Part shown: piece after piece, positions 38,158-52,239 of the stretch
How the letters are laid out: each line of letters begins with the position of its first letter
Numbering within the stretch: the stretch's first letter is position 1
Assembly: GCF_009914755.1 (NCBI RefSeq)
Contig: NC_060942.1
Direction: 5' to 3' (one strand)
DNA length: 64,000 nt
DNA from: the human T2T-CHM13v2.0 reference genome, Homo sapiens
The notes under the pieces: model-generated
Told to the model about the DNA's origin: nothing
Database searches by the model: none
The model's input: only the letters and a program-made list of their open reading frames with translations
Made by a program: the position numbers and the translations under genes

Positions 38158-41100
38158 GCATTTTTACTCTTAAATTGTAAAAAACAAACAACAAAAAATA
38201 CTACCTCATTTTACTCATTTAGTAAATTTCCATGAGACCTACTAAAACAGAAAATGCTTATGTTAAATGGCACAATTGTTCCTGATACCTTGTAGAGATG
38301 GAGATAAAAGGTCAAAGCTATAGCTATCTACAGAATCTGCCATGATTCAAGGTAAGTTTTCAAATGGGTTGGATAAAGGCTTGTAGAGAAGCCAAAAAAT
38401 ATCCTGCAATTCTAATGCTAAGCGACTTTGTATTGGAAAAATGCCCAAAGGCCTTGTCTAACATGACCACTTACTAATGACTGATGGGAGATCAACAGGG
38501 AAAGGGTGGGGACACAGCTTTGTCATGGCAATGTTCAGTGTGTGATCAGCCTTAAGCATCAGGCCAGATGTGGCTGCACAGCCCAGGGCTCCATTCCCTT
38601 CCCTGCATGACAGACCAGCAATGCCCACCAGAACTAGAAGCCCATCGTGAAGCAGGGCAGGAACCCCCACAGCAGCTCCACTGTGACTCGCCGGAAGGCA
38701 GCTTCGAAAGCCTTGAAGGGACTGAGCAGAGTGGTGAGATTTCTTGAGGATCTTATTTCAGCACTCTGCTCTAAGATCATTGCAAAATAAATGCAAACAT
38801 TCTCAAGCACCCAGGGAAATCCAAATGTTCCTGAGCAGCACTCTGCACCAGGCACTGTGAAACCCAGGGAATCCCAAAGGGACCAGGCATACACCCCAGC
38901 AGGGGAGGCTCATGTCCCCATGCACTGCAGATGCACTTGGGGTCAGGGGATCCGTGTAAATTCTACATCCTTAAGCAGACACATCCAAAGGGCTCTCGCT
39001 ACCCCTGGTAAATTTGACGTCCCTCTAGTGGATCGAGTCCCTCCCTAGACACGGCAGTCTGCACAGCTTCTGGTCCACGCCCCATGGACACGGAGTCCTA
39101 GAGGAAAGACAGCAATCTAATTAAGTCTCTCCGTCAACAGTAAATAAAAGGAGTAACAAAGAAATACGTTGGAGTCTTGTTGGTTTATTTGCTTATATCA
39201 GAAACAATAACACAGAAAGAACAAATAGAACCCCAGAGGGAAAATGAGTCTGGTTTTCTCTACCCAAAAGTCATAAGGGAACATTAAAAAAAAAAAAAAA
39301 AAAAGAAGAGAAGAAAGAAATACACAGGCGTTTTTCTGAGATTTGCTGTAGGAAGCAGAACTATTGCAATTGGACAGTGTGCCACCTGGAGGCCAGGAGG
39401 CCCAGGCCCTGCCTCTGATGACCGCAGCCACCTCAGGACTAGGCCAGCATCCCCCCTGATGTCCCCAGGGGTCTCTGTGTTCAGACTGAAGATTAGTATC
39501 AGAAAGAGGCCATTGTTAATTGATTAGCTAATGTTCATAAAGTGCTTTGAAGACAAAGAGGGCTATATACATGCTTATTAATATTAGTTATTGTTATTAA
39601 TAAGTTAATATGTTTTTAAATGTTTGGTTTAGAGCACTGCAGTGCTTTCTCCCTAGCGACTATGCAGGGGAAGTGGAATGACAAGCACTCGGGCTCTTGC
39701 TTCCTGGTCTTCTTTCTCTTCCACTCTCTGTGGACAGAAACTTCTGGTGTGCAGCTCAGCTTCCTCTCAGCAGGAGTAGCCCCTCCACTGGGTGCTCGCA
39801 CCCTATTTATGGGGACTCTTTGCCAAGGGTGAGGACCTGGGCTGGGTGAGACTGCTGACAACTTGGTTTGTGTATTTATTTTTGATTTATTGTTTTGTCA
39901 AAAAGTTTTTTCTAATTAAATCTACCTTGTTCTTAACAATTGCTTTTCTCCAAGACCTTCTCATTCCATTTTCTAGAAATCACTTTAAACACTTTGCTCT
40001 TTGAACAAACTGACGACCCATCCTTGCACCATGCTTTGAGTAGCTTTTATTTGGTACCCTGTGTGTGCACCACAAATCCAGGTAGTTTAATGTTCTCATT
40101 CCCTGCTCTTTGAATCCAGGTATAATCTGACACCTGCCAACAAGCAATTGTTGCATCTCCAAATGACACCTATTTGCTAAGCCCAGCTCATTGTCTTCCC
40201 GCATGGTACTTTTGAGGTCTTTCTGGCTGGAAATTGGCTCATCCTTCTATGGCCTCTTGCAGCACGTTTGTAACTATTTTATATCACTTGTAACATTCCA
40301 CTTTTTAAAATAGTTCTCCATTTTTACAGTTTAACTCCTTAAGCAAGGACTATGTCTTAATCATTGACTCATCACAAAATTCCTTATGCATAGTAGATCC
40401 TCAATAAATATTCGATAATTAATTTCAAAAGTTAAGGTTGCGTTTATCCTGAAGAACTACTAGAAATATTTTTTAATTATAAACATTGCTATTCAGAAGA
40501 CTGACAGCAACTCTGAGTGTGAATAACATTCCTTGATCAAAATTTCCCTTTCCTTTAATGAATATGTGGTATCAATATAAGAAATGTTGTGTTACTAGAA
40601 GAATTAAAGGAGACTTTGGTAAAATGGTAGATACAAATGGCATAGAGTGGTTAACTCCAAACACATAAAAATACTAGGTAAAATAGAAAGCATCATTTAA
40701 AACTCTGCTGCATTTGAAAGATAGGAAAATCCACAGGTTTCAGAAACTAAGAGAAGAGCCAAAGGCTCTGTGGAAAGCAGAGAAGACTCCACACAACACC
40801 TGGCCTCTGGTTACATAGAAGATGCTGCCTCAGCCTCAGCTGGGCAGGACTGGGGCTGCATTCTTCAGTGCAGAGCACAGGACCTCAGAGGGCGTCGGGT
40901 GGGTGAGATGGGTATGAGTAAGATGGGTTCACCTGTTGGCACTGGGAAGCAGCAAGGAAGCTTGCCAGCTAGCCAGATTCTAGAATGGACAGGAAAAGCC
41001 GTCTGGGAGAAATCAAAGCTCTCAGATGTGGTGTTTGGCTTTGAGAATCCATAGAGGGAAATCAGAACCAAGAAATTAATATAAATATTGGGTCCGGACG

Positions 41101-41419
41101 ACTGAAACACTTAGGGGTCCGGCATGAGCAAAAAGCCAAACTAAACCAAAACAAAAACGTGGAAGAATACAGGATGATCACAAAACAAACAACTCCTTTG
41201 GACATAAACTAATGACAAACCACTTGAGGAAATGAAGCAGCATGAGGGAGAGCCAGCAGATTTAATTCACAGGAACATTAGGACCCCTCAAGAAACAGAA
41301 ATAATACAGCCTTATGAATGAATATAAGAAAATGTTTAGGTTTAAGATGGTTACAGAAAATTTTACAAAAATGGACAACATAATAAAAAATACAATGATA
41401 TTTTAAAAATCGGCAGGAG

Positions 41420-42030
41420 CTTTATTCCCACCCCCGCCCTCCACAACCTGACCTTTGAGTGTGGGCTGAAGTTAGTGATTTGCTGCCCAAGAATAGTATG
41501 ACAAAGGAGAAAGTCAACTTTACAGTAGAGAAAATCTTGACAAGCACTGCCTTGGCTAAGGGGTCAAGGTTAACATCGTTAATAACAACTGATGTTGATA
41601 GCATGTTCTCTTGATATTATGGGGTGGAAATGCCATTACACCTTCCATAATCCCAGTCTTATCATGAGAAAAACATAAAACAAATTACAATTGAGGGACA
41701 GGCTACAAAATACCTCACCAGTACTCAAAACTATCAAGGTTGCAAAAACAAAGAAAGTACAAGAAACTGTCACAGCCAAGAGGAGCCTAAAGAGACACAG
41801 TGATTAAATGTAACATGGTATTCTGGATGGAATCCTGAACAGGAAAAAAAAAAAAAAAAAGAAATTGGGGGAAAAAAAAACTAGTGGAAGCGTGGTTTTT
41901 TTTAAATATGAATGTACCAACATTGGTTTCTAGTTTCAATAATGTGTCATAGTTAATTTAAGATGTTAACAATCAAGGGAAGAGAAACTCTGTATTATCT
42001 TGGCAACTTTTCTGTATCTACTCTTAAAAA
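41420..42030 (+). mobile_element. L1MC-type 3' fragment
   Basis: GAGTGTGGGCTG...ACTTTACAGTAGAGAAA...GTCACAGCCAAGAGGAGCCTAAAGAGAC...ACTCTGTATTATCTTGGCAACTTTTCTGTA. Confidence 0.7.
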
Positions 42031-44449
42031 TTGATTAGCAAAAAATAGAGGTGCGAAATCAGCAAGATGATGGAATAGAAGACCCCAATGCTTGTTCCCT
42101 CACAAAAACAATAAATAAACAACCACATATCAATGAAAATAGATCTGGGGAATTTCTGGACTTTAATGAGGAGCAACAGAAACCCTGTGGAGCACAGGAA
42201 ATGAGGATGGACACACAGAAAAGTTGGGAAACATTTTACCTCTGTCACCCCATCACCCATTCCAGAGCAGCTCAAAACCAAGAGGGATCCCCCACAGAGG
42301 GATTTCTCCCTGCAGGGAATAGGAGAGGAAAGGGACCTCAGGAATTCTCCTCTCTGCCATGGACAACTGGAGCTCTAGAAAACGAGGACACCCCAGTGTC
42401 TTCATCATGCTGATCTCAGCAGACAGAGTTGCCTGGAATCCATGATGCAGTGCTCTCCCTAGATAAGGAGTCACCACTGTGTCCCCTTCTCAGGGGCAGG
42501 AGCTACTGCGGCACTGTGCCCTGCCCTCAGGTTCCCATGTCTCTGCTGAGCATTGCCCTCAAGGATCAGAGCATCATAGCACTTTACCCTAGACAGATAT
42601 ACAGCTCAATAACACAGGAAAGGATTAAATGAAACAAATTAAAAAGTTCAACAAAGAGAAAGAAATCTTCAAACAAATCCAAACAGAAATTCTGTAGCTG
42701 AAGAATGCAATGAACAAAATAAAACAGCATACTTGATTAGGAAAAAGAAAGAATCTGCAAACTTGAAGACTGATCTTTTGAAATTATTAAGACAGAGGAT
42801 AATAAAAAGGATCAAAAATAGTGAAGAAAGCCTACCAGACTTACAGGTCACCATTAAGTGAATAAATATACATATGGGGGTTCCAGAAATAAAAGAAAAA
42901 ATATCAAAAAGTGTATTTAAAGTAATAAGAGCTGAAAACCTCACAAGTTTTAGGAGCAATATGGATACCTAGAATCATAAATCTCAAAAGTGCCAAAACA
43001 GATTCAATCCAAAGAGGATTTTATTGGGATATATTGTAATTAAACTGGCAACAAAGACAAAGAGATAATTTTAAAGCAGCAAGAGAAAAGCAACTTGTCA
43101 CATACGAAGGAACATCTATAAGGCAATCAACAAATTTCTCAGGAAACACCTTACAGGCCAGGAGAAAGTGAGATGATATACTTAAAGTGCTGCAAGAATA
43201 AAACTGCCAGTCAAGAATACTTTATTCAGCAAAGTAGTCCTTTGGAAATAAAGAAGAGATGAAAGACTTGCCCAGAAAAATGAAAGATGAGGTTGTTCAT
43301 TACTACTAGACCTGCCTTGGAAGAAATGCTAAAAGGAGTTCTCCATGCTGAAATAAGAGGATGGTAATTAATAGCATTAATATACATATATGTATTCCAT
43401 GAATAATACATGATATTATATATATGTAAATTTCACTTGTAAAGGTAATAGTGAAAGGTAAGTAAAGGTAAATATTTAGTAAAATTCAGTATATTCTAAT
43501 GCTGCAATGGTGTTGTGTAATTTACTTTTAACTGTACTCCAAAGGTTGCAAGTATTAAAAACACCTATAACTACAATAATTTGTAACTGTAGACACAATA
43601 TTTCAAAATGTAAAATGTTAAGTTGCTCTCTGCTTAAAATCCACTTATAAATATAATATGCTTTATGTAAGTTTCATGGTAATGAAAAACCAAAAACCTA
43701 TAGTGGATACACAAAACATAGAGAAAATAATCAAAGTGTACTACCACAAAAAATCAATTAACAAAGGAAGACGGCAGAAGAGAAATAAAGGAACAAAGAA
43801 CTAAAACAATCAGAAAACAATTAGCAAGATGCCAATAGTAAGTCCTACATAGCAACAATTACATTAAATATAAATGGATTAAAGTCTTCTGTTAGAAGAC
43901 ATAGAGTGGCTGAATGAATTGAAAAATAAACAAAAAACAAAACCCAAAGACTCCATGCTGCCTACAAGAGACTAACTTAAACTTCAAGAACACTAATAGG
44001 AAAGTGAAGGGATGAGAAATATATTTTATGCAAATGTAAACCAAAATAGAAAAGGAGTTGCTATACATACATCAGAAGAAATAGACTTTACGTCCAGAAC
44101 TGTAACAAAAGACAAAGAAGGTTATTATATAATTATTATAAAGGACTCAATTCATTAAGAAGACATAACAATTGTAAATAAATATGTACTCAATATCAGA
44201 ACACATGAATATATAAACCAAATATAAGCAGAATTAAGAGAATGAATAGATAGCAATACATTAATAGTAAGAGACTTCAATACCCCACTTTCAAAATGAA
44301 TGGAATATCCAGACAAAAAAATCAATATAGAAACAGTGGACATGAACTACTCTTTATGTCAAATGGATCTTATATACATGTGTGAAACTTTCTATCCAAC
44401 AGTAGCAGAATACATATTATTCTCAAATGCACACAGAAAATTATGCAGA

Positions 44450-47078
44450 TGTCTTACTTCATTCAGGCTGCTATACAAAATATCTTAGCCTGAGTACTTT
44501 ATAAATAACAGATTTTTTTCCATTCAGTCAACAAATATTTGTTAAGTGCAAACTATATACTAAGGATTAGTTGATAACCATCATATTTGATACCCAAAAG
44601 AGATCCTTTATTTTATTTTATTTTATTTTATTTATTTTTTATAATTTAAGTTCTGGGATACACGTGCAGAACATGCAGGTTTGTTACATAGATATACGCT
44701 TGCCAAGGTGGTTTGCTGCACCCATCAACCCATCATCTACATTAGGTATTTTTCCTAATGCTGTACCTCCCCTAGCCTTCCAACCCCTGACAGTCCCCAT
44801 TGTGTGATGTTCCCCTCCCTGTGTCCATGTGTTCTCATTGTTCGACTCCCACTTACGAGTGAGAACATGTGGTGTTTGGTTTTCTGTTCCTGTGTTAGTT
44901 TGCTGAGAATGATGGTGTCTAGCTTCATCCCTGTCCCTGCAAAGGACACAAACTTTATCCTTTTTTATGGTTGCATAGTATTCCATCGTGTATATGTGCC
45001 ATATTTTCTTTATCCAGTCTATCTTTGATGGGCATTTGGGTTGGTTCCGAGTCTTTGCTATTGTGAACAGTGCTGCAATAAGCATACATGTGCATGTGTC
45101 TTTAAAGTAGAATGATTTATAATCCTTTGGGTATATACCCAGTAATGGGATTGCTGGATCAAATGGTATTTCTGGTTTTAGATCCTTGAGGAATTGCCAC
45201 ACTATCTTCCACAATGGTTGAACTAATTTACACTCCCACCAACAGTGTAAAAGCTTTCCTATTTCTCCACATTCTCTCCAGCATCTGTTGTCTCCTGACT
45301 TTTTAATGATCACCATTCTAACTGGCATGAGTTGGTATCTCATTGTGGTTTTGACTTGCATTTCTCTAATGACCAGGGATGATGAGCCTTTTTTCATGTT
45401 TGTTGGCCACATAAATGTCTTCTTTTAAGAAGTGTCTGTTCATACCCTTTGCCCACTTTTTGATGGGGTTGTTTGTTTTTTCTTGTAAATTTGTTTAAGT
45501 TCTTTGTAGAGTCTGGATATTAGCCCTTTGTCAGACAGATAGATTGCAAAAATTTTCTCCCATTCTGTAGGTTGCCTATTCACTTTGATGATAGTTTCTG
45601 TTGCTGTGCAGAAGCTCTTTAGTTTAATTAGATCCCATTTGTCAATTTTGGCTTTTGTTGCCATTGCTTTTGGTGTTTTAGTCATGAAATCCTTGCCCAT
45701 GCCTTTGTCCTGCATTGTATTGCCTAGGTTTTCTTCTAGAATTTTTATGGTTTCAGGTCTTATATTTAAGTCTTTAATCCATCTTGAGTTAATTTTTGTA
45801 TAAGGTGTAAGAAAGGGGTCCAGTTTCAGTTTTCTGCATATGGATAGCCAGTTTTCCCAACACCATTTATTAAATAGGGAATCCTTTCCCCATTGCTTGT
45901 TTTTGTCATGTTTGTCAAAGATTAGATGGTTATACATGTGTGATGTTATTTCTGAGGCCTCTGTTCTGTTCCATTGGTCTATATGTCTGTTTTGGTACCA
46001 GTACCTTGCTATTTTGGTTACTGTGGCCTTGTAGTATAGTTTGAAGCCAGGTAGTGTGATGCCTCCAGCTTCGTTCTTTTTGCTTAGGATTGTCTTGCCT
46101 ATACAGGCTCTTTTTTGTTTACATATGAAATTTAAAGTAGTTTTTTCTAATTCTGTGAAGAAAGTCAATGGTAGCTTGATAGGGATAGCATTGAATCTAT
46201 AAACTACTTTGGGTAGGATGGCAATTTTTATGATATTGATTATTCCTATCCTTAAGCATGGAATGTTTTTCCATTTGTTTGTGTCTTCTCTTATTTCCTT
46301 GAACAGTAGTGTGTAGTTCTCTTTCACATCCCTTGTAAGTTGTATTTGTAGGTATTTTATTCTCTTAGTAGCAATTGTGAATGGGAGTTCGCTCATGATT
46401 TGGCTCTTTTTTTTTTTTTTCTATTATTGGTGTATAAGAATGCTTGTGATTTTTGCACATTGATTTTTTTATCCTGAGACTTTGCTGAAGTTGCTTATCA
46501 GCTTAAGGAGATTTGGGGCTGAGATGATGGGGTTTTCTAAATATAAAATCATGTCATCCACAAACAGAGACAATTTGACTTCCTCTGCTCCTATTTGAAT
46601 ACCATGTATTTCTTTCTCTTGCCTAATTGTCCTGGCCAGAACTTCCAATACTATGTTGAATGGGAGTGGTGAGAGAGGGCATCCTTGTTTTGTGCCAGTT
46701 TTCAAAGGGAATGCTTCCAGCTTTTGCCCATTCAGTATGATATTGGCTGAGCGTTTGTCATAAATAGCCCTCATTATTTTGAATTTTTTTCTCACAGTTC
46801 TAGAGGCTGAGAAGTCCAAGATCAAGGCACCAGTAGATTTATTTTCCAGTGAGGGGCTGTTCCTCATAGACGGGGCCTTCTATATGGCCTCACATGAAGA
46901 GGGATAAACAAGCTCCCTCAAGCCTCTTTTGTTAGAGCACTAATCCTTTTTCATAAGGGCAGAGTTCTCATGACCTTATAACTTCCCAAAGGCTCTACTT
47001 CTTAACAACATCACTTTGGGAGTTTAGCTTTAACATATAAATCTTGGAGGAGAGGACACAAACATTCAGACCATACCA
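44450..47078 (-). mobile_element. MLT1A-type LTR split by an L1PA (pieces 44450-44520 and 46783-47078)
   Basis: TGTCTTA.TTCATTCAGGCTGCTATACAAAAT...AACAGA continues after the L1 as TTTCTCACAGTTCTAGAGGCTGAGAAGTCCAAG...CATTCAGACCATACCA. Confidence 0.85.
44521..46782 (-). mobile_element. 5'-truncated L1PA (about L1PA7/8) with broken ORF2 C-terminus and 86-bp 3' extra sequence
   Basis: ORFs 46469-46867, 45440-46396 and 44684-45412 carry L1 ORF2 pieces ([31 protein letters not shown]); (TTTTA)n tail 44607-44640; TSD ATTTTTTTC. Confidence 0.92.
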
Positions 47079-49454
47079 CCAGGATAGATTATATGTTGGA
47101 TCACAAAAGAAGTCTTAACAAATTTAAGAAAATTGATTCAAATAAATAAATGTATAAATGAAAGAGGAGACATTACAACTTAAACCACAGAAATACAAAA
47201 GATCATAAGAGACTACTATAAACAATTATATGCCAGCAAATTGGATAATGTAGAAGAAATAGATATATTCCTAAAAACATACAACTTACCAAATCGAATA
47301 GGAAGAAAGAAAAAATGTGAACAAACCAACTGTGAGTAAGGAGATTGAATCAATTATCAAAAACCTCTTAACAAATAAAAGCCCAGAACCAGATGGCTTC
47401 AGTGGTGAATTCTACCAAAATTGATAAATAAGTAACACTAATGCTCCTCAAACTCTTCCCAAAAATTGAAGTGGAAGAATCACTTCCAAATTTATATGAT
47501 GAAGCCAGCATTACACTGGTATCAATGTCAGTCAAGGACACTACAGGAAAAGAATATTACAGGTTGATATGCCTGATGAACGTAGATGCAAAATCTTCCA
47601 CAAAATATCAGAATACTGAATTCAACAGCACATTAAAAAGATTGTTTACTGTTATCAAATAGTATTTATCTCAGGGAGGTAAGGATCATTCAACATATAC
47701 AAGTCAATAAACTTGATACATCACATTAAAAGTATGAAGAATAAAAATTAGATGATCATCTCAACAGATGCAGAGAAGGCATTTAACAAAGTCCAACATC
47801 ATGTCATAATAAGTAATCTCAACAAATTAGGTATAGAGGAAATACCCCTCAAAATAACAAAAGCCACATATGACAAACTCAGTGCTAACATCACAGTCAA
47901 CAGTGAAAAAGCTAAAAGTTTTTCCTCTAAGATCAGGAACAAGACAAGGATGTTGCTTCTTCCCACTTCTATTCAACATAGTGCTGGAAGTCAGCCAAAG
48001 CAATTACGCATTTAAAAAAAGAAGAAGAAATCCCCACCAGAAAAAACTAAAATTTTTTCAGTTTGCAGAAGACATAGGTAAGGAAATCCTAAAGACATCA
48101 TCAAAAAAACTGTTAGAACTAATAAACAAATTCAGTACAGTTGCAAGATACAAAATTAGCATACAAAACTCAGGTGCATTTTCCATGTAGTTACAACAAA
48201 CTATATGAAAATGAAATTATGAAAACAATCCCACTTACAATAGCATCAAGAATAATAAAACACTTGGGAATAAATTTAACCAACGAGGTGAAACTCAAAG
48301 TTTTGATTGTACAGACACTGAAAACTATAGGACACAGAGGAAGGAAATTGAAAAGGACACAAAAAAATGAAAAGATATACCATATTCATGGACTGGAAAG
48401 GTTAATATTGTTAAAATATCTATAATACCTAAAACAATCTGTAGATTTAACAAAATTCCTACCAAAATTTCAATGGGATTTTTCACTGAAATGGAAAAAT
48501 CAATCTAAAACTCTGCATCAAACCGCAGAAGAACCTGGAGATCAGAGCACTCTTAAGAAAGAACAAAGCTGGAGGCATTACAGTTCCTAATTTCAAACAT
48601 TAAGAAGGTATAGCAATCAAAACAGTATGGTTATGGTTCTTGATGTAAAAATGTACCCATAGATGGATGGAACAGAATAAAGACAGTTCAGAAATAAACC
48701 CACATATATACAGTCAACTAATCTTTGACAAAAGTGGCAAGAATAGGGCCAATAATACACCATGAGGAATGGATAATCTCTTAAATAAATGATATTGGGA
48801 CAATTGGGCATACACATGTAAAAGAATAAAACTGGATCCTTAGCTTACATGATATTAAAAAAAACTCAAAATGAAAGACCTGAAGCTGTAAAACTTTAGA
48901 AGCAAATATAGACGAATATAAGCTCCTAGACATTCACCTTGGTATGATTTTTGGTATAATATCAGACAAAAATAAGCAAGTGAGACTACATCAAACTATA
49001 ATGTTTCTATACAGCAAAGAAACAATCAAAAAAATGAAATGGCAAACTACAGAATGAGAGAAAATATCTGCAAGCCATATATTGATAAGGGTTAATATTC
49101 AAAATATACAAGAAAGTCATACAACTCAATAACAATAAAGTAACCTAATTACAAAATAGGCAAGGCAACTCACTAGACATTTCTCCAAAGAAGTTATATA
49201 AATTACCAACATGTATATAAAAAGGCACTAAATACTCCTAATCATGAGAGAAATGCAAATCAAAACCACAATACACTATCTCATCACATTTGTTAGAAAC
49301 CTATATCAAATAACAAGACACAACAAGTGTTGATAAGAATGTGGAATAAAAGGGAATGATGCAAATGTAAATTGGTACAGTCATTATGGAAAACAATATG
49401 GAGGTTTCTCAAAAAAATAAAAAATAGAACTACCTTGTGATCCAGTAATTTTAC

Positions 49455-49550
49455 TTTTTTAAATTCATAATTTTTATTTTTTATTTGTACAAATATATGG
49501 GGTACATGTGCAATTTTGTTACATGCCTAGAGTATATAGCGGTCAAGTCA
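49455..49550 (-). mobile_element. Very short L1PB-like 3' end inserted in the L1MA
   Basis: T-rich tail then GTACAAATATATGGGGTACATGTGCAATTTTGTTACATG. Confidence 0.65.
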
Positions 49551-51381
49551 CTACTGCTATATATTTGAAGGAAATAAAGTTATTATCTCTAAGAGTTATC
49601 TGCACTCCCATATTTATTACAGTATTATTCACAGTAGCCAAGATATGAAAATAATGTAAGCATCTGTGAAAAGATGAGTGAAAAAAGAAATTTATATACA
49701 CATACACATACACACACGTACACATACAATGGAATATTACTTAGCCTTTAAAAAGGCTGAATACACATAAACATACATAGACACATACCCATACAACGGA
49801 ACACAAGACACATACACACAAACATATCCACATAATGAAATATTATTCATCCTTAAAAAAGAAAGAAATCTTGACATCTGCAGCAACATGGATGGACCTG
49901 GAGGACGTTATACTAAATGAAATAAACCAGAACAGAAAGACAAAATATTCAGTGATAACACTTATATGTAGAATCTCAAAAAGGTTGAACTTAGAGAAAC
50001 AGAGGCTAGAATAGTGCTTGCTAGGGGATGAAGGGTTGGGAAAATTAAGAGATGTTGGCAAAAATGTACAAACTTTCTCTTATAAAGAAAATAAGTCATA
50101 AGGATTTAATGTACATCATAGTGGCTATGGTTCATAATAATGTATGGTATATGGTATATTGAACATTTTCTAAGAGAGTAGATATTAATTGTTGTCACCA
50201 CATACAACATGTGGAATATGTAGTCTTAGGTATGTTAATTAGCTTGATTATGGGAATCATTACACAAGGCATATGTATATCAAAATCTCATGCTGTATGT
50301 TTTAAGTATATGTAGATTGTTATTTGTCAATTACACCTCAATAAAGCTGGAAAAAAAAGATTAAGCAACATAGATAGCCATCAAACAGGCCTTCTGGAAA
50401 GATTACTTATACAACAATACAATTGCTGAGAGGAAGTTTCTTATTAGCCCATTAGCTGCCAAAACATTTAAATTACTGATGGGTAGTGATAATACAAAGA
50501 TCTATATCCTTTCAAATAATTGTGAGAATTGAAGCAAAAATAAGGTCATTTGCAGACAAACAACCGACAAAAGATTTTGCCATTTACGGACACTAATTAG
50601 AACTTACTACCAGGATTGAAGTACATACCTCAAGTAAACTGAACTCAAAAAAAAAAAAATAGAATGCAAAAAGAAATGATAAGTAAAATAACGAGCATAT
50701 CTAAATAAGTACTTCTGTAAAAAATAATAGTGACTTTGTAAGGTGGTGGTTAAAATGGTATAAAATTAGTAAACAACAATAATCTGGGGAGAAAAAAGAA
50801 GAAAAGACTAGTGAAAAAGGTCTTTTAAAGACCCTTCTACTCTTCAGAAAGAATGCATAGATACTGATTGGACTTCATTACATCAAGAAACTTTGTATAA
50901 ATATAATGCTAATCATTAAAGAATTAGAAATATAATATTTAACTTGAGAATTAGTATGATGAGGTTAAGAATACAGCTTCTGGAAAGGTCTTTATTAGTT
51001 ATACAACCTCAGTCAAGTTATTTAATCCTTCTCTACCACTGTTTTCTCATCTGTAAATGTTGCTGTGAAGGTATTAAACTATAAGAGTGTGTTTCTGTGT
51101 CTGTGTGTAAATACATATATGTATATAAGTTTAACATATATAAATGTAAGTAGATTAAATTCACATGTTAAAAGACTCAGATTTTTCAGCCTGGATAATT
51201 AGCACAATCCAGCTCTAACAGCTTTACAGAAACATCATTCAATATAACCAAAAAGATTGACTAAAAGGATGGAGAAAACAAAGTACCAAAGGCAAAGCTG
51301 GTGCAGCACCATTAATGTCAGGCAAAACTGACATTAGGGCAAAAATCATTATTAGGAATAAATAGGGCACAACATCATAAC

Positions 51382-52239
51382 TATATTAAATCAGGGTTCT
51401 CAAGGGAAATAGATCCAGCAGTATGTGTATATATAGAAAGAGAAAAAGATTTGTTTGGAGAAATAGGCTCATGTGATTGTGGAGGCTTGGGAAGTTCAAA
51501 TTATTCAGAGAAGAGTTGCAGCTCAAGTCTATATTAGGGTTCTCCAAAGAAACAGGGTGTGTGCATGTGTGTGTGTGTGTGTGTGTGTGCGTGTGTGTGT
51601 GTTGAAGAGATTTATTGTAAGAAATTGGCTCAAATGATTCTGGAGGCTGGCAAACCCAAAATCTGTACAGCCAATGTCCCAGCTTGAGTCTGAAGCCTGA
51701 AAACTGCTGTAGAACTAGAAAGAGTTGCAGTCCCGGTTCTAAGATCCCATCAGTCAGAAGCATTTGCTCTTACTTGGGGAAGATTCAGCCTTCTTGTTCT
51801 ATTTGGACCTTCAACTGATAAGAGGAGGCCCATCCATGCTGTGGAAGGTAAAAGTATGCTTTACTCAATCTACTAATTGAAGTGTTACTATCATCCAAAA
51901 ACACCCTCATGGAAACTCCCCAAATAATGTTTGACCAAGTATCTGGCCACCTTGTGGCTCAGTCAAGTTAACACACAAAATAAACCATCACAGAATCCAA
52001 AGGCAGTCTGTTGGCAGAATTCCTTCTCACGCAGGGAAGATCAGTCCTTGTTCTTTAAGGCCTTTGACTGCTTGGATGAGGCCCACCCACCACATTATGC
52101 AGGAGAATCTGCTTTACTTGAAGTCCACTGACTTTAATGTTAGTTTCATCCAAAATTACCTTCATATAAACATAATGTTGGACCAAATATCTGGGCACCG
52201 TAGTCCAGCCAAGTTGAAACATAAAAATTAACTATCACA
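51382..52239 (-). mobile_element. MLT2 LTR containing a second MLT2 LTR (51530-51992)
   Basis: Two AGGGTTCTC.A.GAAA starts and two AAC(C/T)ATCACA ends; outer TSD ATAAC/ATAAT. Confidence 0.8.

Larger units (their letters stand above)
42050..50358 (+). mobile_element. Long, decayed L1MA-class LINE (5' UTR, ORF1, ORF2 and 3' UTR remnants) hosting nested insertions
   Basis: ORF1/ORF2 remnants (e.g. MIISTDAEKAFNKVQH); 3' end CAATAAAGCTGGAAAAAAAA; degenerate flanking repeat GATT(A)AGCAA..ATAGA. Confidence 0.85.

Noticed and set aside
44684-46867. 318-, 242- and 132-aa ORFs as a gene or active reverse transcriptase
   Set aside because: Frameshifted C-terminal pieces of a 5'-truncated L1 ORF2
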